From an uncultured Alphaproteobacteria bacterium (GTDB lineage: Bacteria > Pseudomonadota > Alphaproteobacteria > HIMB59 > GCA-002718135): a DNA stretch of 64,000 nt. Numbering within the stretch: the stretch's first letter is position 1; each line of letters begins with the position of its first letter. Where the stretch lies: positions 1,101-65,100 of the forward strand of contig CABYHW010000005.1 of NCBI GenBank assembly GCA_902518705.1. Reading direction: 5' to 3'. Made by a program: the position numbers and the translations under genes. Shown here piece after piece: positions 57,308 through 64,000 of the stretch. Below the pieces are notes generated by a model that saw nothing but the letters and a program-made list of their open reading frames with translations, had not been told where the DNA came from and did no database searches.

Positions 57308-57958
57308 AATTTTATGTTTCTCAAATACGGCTGTTAAACTATCACCTTTTTTTAGTTCATCTCTAACAGTATTTTCACTACTTACTTTTTCTAGAGCTTT
57401 TCTTATTACTTCATCAATAACTTTAGATGGTAAAATAACAACACCATCATTATCGCCAAATACCAAATCTCCACTTTCAACATAGACATTTGCTATTTCG
57501 CCTGGCACATCTGCCATCATCATTTTACCTCTAAATTTTGTATCAACAGGATTAGTGCCTTTTGCAAAAACTGGAAAACCAATTTCATTAATCATTTTTG
57601 TATCACGAACACAGCCATCTGTTAAACAACCTGCTGATTTTAAATAAGTTGCTCGAGTTGATAATAATTCTCCCCATGGAGCTATCTTTTCATTTCCATG
57701 ACAACATAAAACAGCAATTTCATTTTCTCTTAAACTATCAATCAATGCTATTTCATGCTCGTAAACATTTGTATTTTCATCATCATGATAAATAGGCATA
57801 TACAAACCAACTCTCGCAAGCCCACATATAATTACATCTGGTTTTATTGATTTGATACCAGGTGTTAATGTTTGCTTATGATAACCCAAACTATCTAATG
57901 TATCAGCTAATACAGCTGAATAAAGTTTCGTTTTATATTCTTCAAAATTAAGAGTCAT
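57302..57958 (-). CDS. RraA-family protein (HMG/CHA aldolase / oxaloacetate decarboxylase-like)
   Basis: 218 aa. GELLSTRA and DNDGVVILP motifs typical of the RraA/dimethylmenaquinone-methyltransferase-like fold. Confidence 0.7.
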   Translation of the reverse strand: MTLNFEEYKTKLYSAVLADTLDSLGYHKQTLTPGIKSIKPDVIICGLARVGLYMPIYHDDENTNVYEHEIALIDSLRENEIAVLCCHGNEKIAPWGELLSTRATYLKSAGCLTDGCVRDTKMINEIGFPVFAKGTNPVDTKFRGKMMMADVPGEIANVYVESGDLVFGDNDGVVILPSKVIDEVIRKALEKVSSENTVRDELKKGDSLTAVFEKHKIL

Positions 57959-58046
57959 TTTTTTTTGAATTTATTTATATTATCAATTTACTTATTCGTA
58001 TAACATCATACTATTATAAAGTGGTCAAGTTAGTTTTATATAAATA

Positions 58047-59051
58047 ATGATTTATAATATTTTAATAATTGGAGCGGGTGGAATTGGTAAAAGACATATT
58101 AAAGGTTATTTGGGAACTAGCAGAGCTAAAATTTCTATTGTTGAACCAGATGTTAATAAACAAAAAAACTTAAATAGTGAATTTGAAATTCAACATACAT
58201 TTAATTCTCTTGATGAAGTTAATCAAAAATTTGATATAGCAATAATATGTTCGCCAGCTAATTGGCATCTGGAACATATTCAGTTTTGTATAAAAAATAA
58301 TCTATCATTTATGGTAGAAAAACCTCTTTCTACAAAAATTGATGGTCTGGAAAACATTATAGAAGAGGTCAGAGAAAAAAAATTGTTTGTTCGTGTAGGA
58401 TATACAAGAAGAAATAGCTTTGTCTCCAGAGCCTTAAAAGATCAAATTATGAATAATAAAATCGGAGAAGTTAAATTAGCTTATATTAATTCTTCTCAAG
58501 AGTTTCCTAAATATAGGCCAGATTATCAAACTATTTATTATGCAAAAGAAGAAACCGGCGGTGGAGCCATACTTGATGCTTCTACTCATATGATTGATCA
58601 ATTAATTTGGATATTGGGCATTCCTGAAGAGGTAGGCTGTATGTACGACAGATTAGTATTAGAGGGTACAGAAACTGAGGATACTTGTCTTATTAATATA
58701 AAATTTTCTAATGGATGTTTAGCCAACATAACTGTTAATCAATTTCAGAAACCAAATATTAATACATATGAGTTTGTTGGCACTAAAGGTAATATTAAAC
58801 TTGATCATTCTACTTTAATGTTTGCTGATGATGATAGTGGTGTTTGGAAAGATCAGAAAGATTATATGAAGGGTCAAGATCCAATGGAAGTACATCAGAA
58901 TAATTTTCTATTACAGGCAAACAGATTTTTAGATGGTTATGAAGGCAAGGATTGTGATTTAGCAACTTTAGAAGAAGCTTATTTAAATTTAAAAGTTGTA
59001 TTAGCTGCTAAATTGTCTTGGAAAGATAAAAAAATAATTAAAATCAGTTAA
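58047..59051 (+). CDS. Gfo/Idh/MocA-family NAD(P) oxidoreductase
   Basis: ILIIGAGGIGKRH Rossmann motif and the MVEKPL (EKP) motif. Confidence 0.8.
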   Translation: MIYNILIIGAGGIGKRHIKGYLGTSRAKISIVEPDVNKQKNLNSEFEIQHTFNSLDEVNQKFDIAIICSPANWHLEHIQFCIKNNLSFMVEKPLSTKIDGLENIIEEVREKKLFVRVGYTRRNSFVSRALKDQIMNNKIGEVKLAYINSSQEFPKYRPDYQTIYYAKEETGGGAILDASTHMIDQLIWILGIPEEVGCMYDRLVLEGTETEDTCLINIKFSNGCLANITVNQFQKPNINTYEFVGTKGNIKLDHSTLMFADDDSGVWKDQKDYMKGQDPMEVHQNNFLLQANRFLDGYEGKDCDLATLEEAYLNLKVVLAAKLSWKDKKIIKIS

Positions 59052-59052
59052 G

Positions 59053-59832
59053 ATGATTAGTTTGAAAAATAAAAATATTTTTATTGCTGGAGGTAGTGGA
59101 TATCTTGGTTCAGTTTTATGTGAAGAAATATTGAAACTAGAAGGAAATATATTTTTAGCCGATCAAGACATCAAAAGATCTAAATTAGTAATAAAAAAAT
59201 TACAAAAAAAATACCCTAAAAGTAAAATTATATTCTCTCACTTAAATATGATTGAGCCTGAGTCAATTTCTAAAAATATTAAATTAGCTTATCAAAAATT
59301 TAAATATATAGATGGATTAGTTAACGCAACATTTGGATCAACTTCTGATAAGCTATCTGAATTAACTGCAGAAAAATTTAATAAAGCTAATCAAATTAAT
59401 TTAACGGGCTCTTTTTTACTTATGAGAGGTGTGGCAAATAAAATGAAAAAAGGTGGAAGTATCGTAATGTTTGCTTCAATGTATGGATTAGTATCACCAA
59501 AAATGGAAATGTATCCAAAAAATATTAATCCTAATCCCATTGAATATGGTGCTGGAAAAGCTGGTCTAAACCAAATGGTAAAATATTTTTCCTCGTATTA
59601 TGGTAAAAATAATATTCGTATTAATGCAATTGTACCTGGGCCTTTTCCAAACATAACTAAGGCTGCAAACAATAATAAAAAATTTTTGAGTAATTTAAAA
59701 AATTCTACAATGTTAAAACGTTTTGGTAAACCTATCGAAACCGCAAAACCAACAATTTTTCTTTTATCTGATGCATCAAGTTATATGACGGGTCATTCAC
59801 TTATAGTTGATGGTGGTTGGACAGCGTGGTAA
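59053..59832 (+). CDS. Short-chain dehydrogenase/reductase
   Basis: IAGGSGYLGS cofactor motif and YGAGKAG catalytic YxxxK. Confidence 0.75.
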   Translation: MISLKNKNIFIAGGSGYLGSVLCEEILKLEGNIFLADQDIKRSKLVIKKLQKKYPKSKIIFSHLNMIEPESISKNIKLAYQKFKYIDGLVNATFGSTSDKLSELTAEKFNKANQINLTGSFLLMRGVANKMKKGGSIVMFASMYGLVSPKMEMYPKNINPNPIEYGAGKAGLNQMVKYFSSYYGKNNIRINAIVPGPFPNITKAANNNKKFLSNLKNSTMLKRFGKPIETAKPTIFLLSDASSYMTGHSLIVDGGWTAW

Positions 59833-59845
59833 GTGATATTAATTA

Positions 59846-60805
59846 ATGACTCAGTTTCCCATAGAAAATAAAAAAATCAAATTAGCAATGCTAGGAATGA
59901 CGGAAGGAAATGGACATCCTTACTCATGGAGCATAATTATTAACGGTCGATATAACGCTGAAGCATTAGCACAATGTCCTTATGCAGCAATTATTGATTA
60001 TATTTCAAAGCAACCAAAAAATACTCTAGGTATAAAAGATGTAGAAGTTTCACATGTATGGACAGATAATCCTGAGGATGCAAAACTTGTCGCTAAAGTT
60101 GCAGAAATTGAAAATATTGTTGAAGATCCAAAAGATGTGATTGGACAAGTCGATGCAGTTTTAGTTGCAACTGATATTGGTTCAGAGCATGTTGAGAGGT
60201 GTAAACCATTCGTTGAGGCAAATGTACCAATCTTTGTTGATAAACCACTATGCGATAATTTTACTGATCTAAAAATTTTTCAACAGTGGATTGATGAAGG
60301 AAAGCCGATAATTAGTTCCTCTGCAATGCGATATTGTAAAGAGTACGAGCCATACCATCAATCAACTTACGAACTAGGTGATTTAAGATACATTAATGTC
60401 ACTATGGCAAAAAGTTGGGAAAAATATGGGATACACGCTTTAGAAACATTATATCCAATAGTTGGTCCAGGCTTTACCTCAATACAAAATCTAGGAGATA
60501 AAGATAGAAATATTGTTCATTTACATCATTCAAAAGGTATTGATATCAATATTGCTAATGTCTTTGATATGATTGGAGGTTTTGGTCTTGTTTCTTTAGT
60601 TGGAACTAAAAGTGGAATACAAATAAAATCAAATGATACTTTTTATGCATTTAAAAAACAATTAGAGTCATACGTTCATTATTTACGAACAGGTGTAAAA
60701 CCAGTTCCATGGGAGGAAACCAAAGAATTAATGCAACTTGTTGCTGCTGGTATAAAGAGTAGAGAAGAGGGTGGAATTAAAATTAATTTAAGTGAGGTTA
60801 GTTAG
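59846..60805 (+). CDS. Gfo/Idh/MocA-like oxidoreductase with an atypical N-terminal nucleotide motif
   Basis: KLAMLGMTEGNGHPYSWS replaces GxGxxG. FVDKPL is at the EKP position. 319 aa. Confidence 0.55.
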   Translation: MTQFPIENKKIKLAMLGMTEGNGHPYSWSIIINGRYNAEALAQCPYAAIIDYISKQPKNTLGIKDVEVSHVWTDNPEDAKLVAKVAEIENIVEDPKDVIGQVDAVLVATDIGSEHVERCKPFVEANVPIFVDKPLCDNFTDLKIFQQWIDEGKPIISSSAMRYCKEYEPYHQSTYELGDLRYINVTMAKSWEKYGIHALETLYPIVGPGFTSIQNLGDKDRNIVHLHHSKGIDINIANVFDMIGGFGLVSLVGTKSGIQIKSNDTFYAFKKQLESYVHYLRTGVKPVPWEETKELMQLVAAGIKSREEGGIKINLSEVS

Positions 60806-61597
60806 ATGAATGTTTTAGAAAGTTTTTCTTTAAAAGGTAAAGTTGCACTTGTTACTGGAGGTGCTGGACTTTACGGGAGACAAATAGTGGAAGCATTAGC
60901 TGAAGCTGGAGCAGATACATATATAGCTTCACGAAATATTGAAAGTTTACAACAAGTAGCAGAAGAAGAAACAAAACGAGGCTATAAAGTTACTGCATTA
61001 CAATTAGATTTATCTGAGGATGACTCAATCGAAAAATTATACAATGACATTATTGAGAAAAGTGGAAAATGTGATGTCTTGATAAATAATGCAGTTTCCA
61101 GAGAGCATGGCAGTCTTGGTTGGGACAATAGTCTAGATGACTTTGATAAAAGTTTAAGAATAAATGCATCAGCATTATTTAAAATTACAAATATGTTTGC
61201 TGAAGGAATGAAAAAAAATAAATCTGGATCTATTATAAATATTGGATCAATGATGGGTACTGTTGGTGTAGAAAATGGCAATTATGAAGGTACAGATTTC
61301 AAACCTGCTACTTCACCTCTCTACTTTTATGAAAAAGGTGGAATGCACAATTTTACAAGATGGGCAGCAAGTATGTTAGGACCTCATAATATTCGGGTAA
61401 ATTGTTTGGCACCAGGAGGTTTCAAAGTTCCTTCACATCCAGATAGGTTTGTAGAGAATTATAGCAAAAGAACGCAGTTAGGTAGAATGGCTAATAGCAC
61501 TGATCTAAAAGGGCCAATTATTTTTTTAGCGTCAGACTCATCCGCTTACTTAACAGGAACAATAATTGCAGTTGATGGTGGATATACTGCAAAATAA
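60806..61597 (+). CDS. Short-chain dehydrogenase/reductase
   Basis: VTGGAGLYG, NNAV and a possible YFYEK catalytic YxxxK. 0-nt gap to the upstream gene. Confidence 0.75.
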   Translation: MNVLESFSLKGKVALVTGGAGLYGRQIVEALAEAGADTYIASRNIESLQQVAEEETKRGYKVTALQLDLSEDDSIEKLYNDIIEKSGKCDVLINNAVSREHGSLGWDNSLDDFDKSLRINASALFKITNMFAEGMKKNKSGSIINIGSMMGTVGVENGNYEGTDFKPATSPLYFYEKGGMHNFTRWAASMLGPHNIRVNCLAPGGFKVPSHPDRFVENYSKRTQLGRMANSTDLKGPIIFLASDSSAYLTGTIIAVDGGYTAK

Positions 61598-61614
61598 ATA
61601 AAGGGAGAAATATT

Positions 61615-62439
61615 ATGACGAGATATGATAGAACAATGGCAAAAGTAAGCAAAAAACCTTTTGATACTTTTAGAGAAAGTAGAATCAAAAGAACTACAAA
61701 TGAAGGTAAAGTAGCAATAACCTTAAAATGTAATACCTCAGATACAAAAGTTGCCGAAATTTTTTCTCTTGCTCAACCAGACGCAATTTGGCTCGATATG
61801 GAACACGGATCTTTGGATTACACTCAAGCAGAGAATCAAGTTAATGCTGCTAAAATATATGATGTTGATGCAATCTTACGAGTATCTAGAGGTAGTTATA
61901 GTTCTTATATCAGAGGATTAGAAATAGATTGTGCTGGTTTAGTAATTCCACAAATTAAAAACTATGAAGATGCAAAATTTGTTAGAGATAGCACAAAATT
62001 TCCTCCTATAGGACACCGAGGTTTAGATGGAGGTAATAATGATGGTAAGTATGCCAGATTAGATATTGAAGAGTATTTAACAAAATCTAATGAAGAAAGA
62101 CTCGTAATTTATCAAATTGAAACACCAGAAGCATTTGATCATATAGAAGCAATTGCAGAAATGGAAGGTGTTGATGGTTTATTCTTTGGGCCTGGAGATT
62201 ATTCACTAGCTTTAGGTGTTCCTGGACAAATGGATCATCCAGAAGTTTCTAAAGTAAGAAAACTAGTTGCAGAACTTGCAAGGAAACATAATAAAATTGC
62301 AGCAACACCAGGTGGACCAAATATTGCCTCTGAATATATCGATATGGGATATAATCTCTTAAATATCGGTTCTGACGTTATAGGACTAACGAACTATGCA
62401 GAGGAGCTTATAAATACATTTGATAAAATAAATTCTTAA
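61615..62439 (+). CDS. HpcH/HpaI-family class II (2-keto-3-deoxy acid) aldolase
   Basis: 274 aa. IWLDMEHG and FFGPGDYSLALG motifs typical of the HpcH/HpaI/GarL aldolase family. GGGAGA upstream of the ATG. Confidence 0.75.
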   Translation: MTRYDRTMAKVSKKPFDTFRESRIKRTTNEGKVAITLKCNTSDTKVAEIFSLAQPDAIWLDMEHGSLDYTQAENQVNAAKIYDVDAILRVSRGSYSSYIRGLEIDCAGLVIPQIKNYEDAKFVRDSTKFPPIGHRGLDGGNNDGKYARLDIEEYLTKSNEERLVIYQIETPEAFDHIEAIAEMEGVDGLFFGPGDYSLALGVPGQMDHPEVSKVRKLVAELARKHNKIAATPGGPNIASEYIDMGYNLLNIGSDVIGLTNYAEELINTFDKINS

Positions 62440-63719
62440 TGGATTTGAGTGAAATTCAAAATACTATTTTAGATAGACGAATTAAAGGTATTCCAGGCTC
62501 AAGTGAGCCATTTCCACTTAAAGAACTTAAAAATAAAAATTGGAATATTTTGAAAGAAGATATGCCAATGCCATTAATGGTATTAAAACAAAAAAATTAT
62601 CTTCATAACTTAAAAACTTTTTCAAATTATTTAGAAAAACACAATTTACATATTTCTCCTCATGGTAAAACAACAATGGCCCCTCAGATTTTTTCTGAGC
62701 AGATAAAACATGGTGCATGGGGCATTACAGCTGGTGCCATTAACCAAATTCAAGTTATGTTTGATTTTGGTATTAATAAAGTTTTACTTGCTAATCAACT
62801 TTTAGGTAAATCGCATTTAGAAACAATAGCATCATATATTAATCAAAATAAAAATTTTTCTTTTTATTGTTTTGTTGATTCTATTGAACAGTTTTTAAAT
62901 ATTAAAAAAAATCTTGGTGATCAAAATTTAACCAATCCAATAAATTTATTGCCTGAAATAGGTGCAGAAAATGGAAGAACAGGTATACGTAAAAAAGAAG
63001 ATTTTTTAAAACTCGTTAATATAATTGGAGAGGACTCATCAAAGAATTTTACTTTTGCAGGTATATCTTCTTATGAGGGCATAGCGGCTGTTGCTATGAA
63101 AGGTTCAAATGCTGTGCATGAATTTTGTTCAAAGATTGAGGATATTATTAATGATATTCCTTCAAATTATTACTCTCATCTAAATGAATTATTAATTACG
63201 GCTGGCGGATCAACTCATTTTGATATTGTAGGAGAAAGATTTTCTAAAATCAAACTCAGTGTTCCTATTAAAGTACTATTACGAAGTGGATGTTATATTA
63301 CACATGATCATGGGCCTTACTTAGATGCACTTGAAACAGCTAAAAGTGATTCCAATAGACAATGGGATCAATCTCTACAACCAGCTCTTGAAATTTGGTC
63401 GTATGTACAATCAATTCCTGAAAATAATCTTGCCTTTCTAACCATGGGAAAACGAGATGCTCCCTATGATTCAGGTTTACCAAAACCTATAAAAAGATTT
63501 AGACCTGGTGAAGGTTTCTTAGATATTGGTGAAGCAGAAATATTTAGCACAAATGATCAGCATGCCTTTGTTAAACTTGCTGATAATCATCAATGGAAAG
63601 TAGGGGATATGATTTGTTCTGGTATTTCACATCCATGCACAGCATTTGATAAATGGAAGTTTATTCCAGTTGTTGATGATGACTATAATGTTCTTGATGG
63701 AATATTAACTTATTTTTAA
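62439..63719 (+). CDS. Fold-type III PLP enzyme (D-serine dehydratase-like / amino acid deaminase or aldolase)
   Basis: Alanine-racemase-N-like barrel with a candidate PLP lysine in SPHGKTTM. The C-terminal beta-domain contains HPC. 426 aa. Confidence 0.6.
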   Translation: MDLSEIQNTILDRRIKGIPGSSEPFPLKELKNKNWNILKEDMPMPLMVLKQKNYLHNLKTFSNYLEKHNLHISPHGKTTMAPQIFSEQIKHGAWGITAGAINQIQVMFDFGINKVLLANQLLGKSHLETIASYINQNKNFSFYCFVDSIEQFLNIKKNLGDQNLTNPINLLPEIGAENGRTGIRKKEDFLKLVNIIGEDSSKNFTFAGISSYEGIAAVAMKGSNAVHEFCSKIEDIINDIPSNYYSHLNELLITAGGSTHFDIVGERFSKIKLSVPIKVLLRSGCYITHDHGPYLDALETAKSDSNRQWDQSLQPALEIWSYVQSIPENNLAFLTMGKRDAPYDSGLPKPIKRFRPGEGFLDIGEAEIFSTNDQHAFVKLADNHQWKVGDMICSGISHPCTAFDKWKFIPVVDDDYNVLDGILTYF

Positions 63720-64000
63720 TTATCCTTCTTGTCTAGTATTTGGTGCATAAGCAACACAATCAAGCTCAAATTTTAAGAAAGTAGGCAGCACTTTTACAAT
63801 TGTACTTCTTGTTGGTAGCGGATCTTTAAAATATTCAGGATATATTTTATTATATTCTTTTAAATCTTTTTGATCAGCTACGTAACCTTTTACATTAATA
63901 ACATGATCCAAGGTCAGACCTGCTTCTTTTAAAATTACTTCTAAATTTTCAATTGAACGTCTCATTTCTTCTTCAAATGTTCCTTCAATGACTGACCCAT
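63720..64000 (-). CDS. ridA: RidA/YjgF-family enamine/imine deaminase (N-terminus beyond the window edge)
   Basis: The minus-strand frame stays open upstream of the track Met (..GSVIEGTFEEEMRRSIENL..), matching the RidA core. PTRSTI and the C-terminal ELDCVA are typical of the family. Confidence 0.75.
   Translation of the reverse strand, partial: GSVIEGTFEEEMRRSIENLEVILKEAGLTLDHVINVKGYVADQKDLKEYNKIYPEYFKDPLPTRSTIVKVLPTFLKFELDCVAYAPNTRQEG

Noticed and set aside
1-64000. Looked for CRISPR arrays, IS/transposase or integrase genes, phage blocks, toxin-antitoxin pairs and classic defence genes flanking the ccrM methyltransferase.
   Set aside because: No spaced direct-repeat arrays were seen. 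There is no restriction endonuclease partner next to ccrM, which is an orphan cell-cycle-type methyltransferase. No recombinase motifs appear in any ORF. Apart from the locally GC-richer binding-protein gene (4745-5725), gene content is metabolic and housekeeping, with no island-like composition or codon-style signal.

Overview
This is a very AT-rich, very gene-dense chromosomal segment: about 63 CDS in 64 kb, with spacers mostly under 60 bp and many 1-11 nt overlaps. It carries alphaproteobacterial hallmarks: a split F0 operon (atpI-B-E-F'-F), CcrM, mutY|DUF721-dsbA-smc synteny and an APH-type ThrB. The composition and streamlining fit a Pelagibacterales (SAR11)-like genome; that assignment is inference, not a database result.

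Content, left to right:
- dsbD and a Prx5 peroxiredoxin.
- A 3-gene sugar ABC importer.
- An 8-gene co-directional string (5915-14102): two histidine-box membrane oxygenase paralogues, an FAD reductase, a Rieske ferredoxin, a PanB-like protein, a sterol-desaturase-family enzyme, an SMP-30 lactonase and an IlvD/Edd dehydratase.
- A GlcD-like oxidase, an Ldh2-family dehydrogenase, a serine hydrolase and a DMT transporter.
- Polyol and pentulose genes: xylB, a mannitol-DH-family gene, a sorbitol-DH-like gene and an SDR.
- Housekeeping genes: yceI, rnhA, thrB, ispH.
- A gap-free DUF721-dsbA-smc-atpIBEF'F string, then mutY.
- A purine super-cluster: purQ, purL | purM, N, F, D, C | purK, purE and a guaB lacking CBS domains.
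- A GNAT-like gene, a MATE transporter and an autotransporter with unusual repeats.
- ccrM, rnhB, moaB, slt, udg, a TPR protein and ispE.
- A dehydrogenase/aldolase/PLP-dehydratase/RidA cluster that runs off the right edge.

I found no rRNA, tRNA, CRISPR array, IS element, transposase, integrase, phage gene or recognisable transcription factor.

Best candidates for something undescribed:
1. The membrane di-iron oxygenase cluster wired to a Rieske ferredoxin and reductase (5915-11416).
2. The oxidoreductase-aldolase-dehydratase-RidA cluster (57302-64000).
3. The repeat-bearing autotransporter (47784-50204).

All functional calls rest on motifs I could read by eye. No searches were run.
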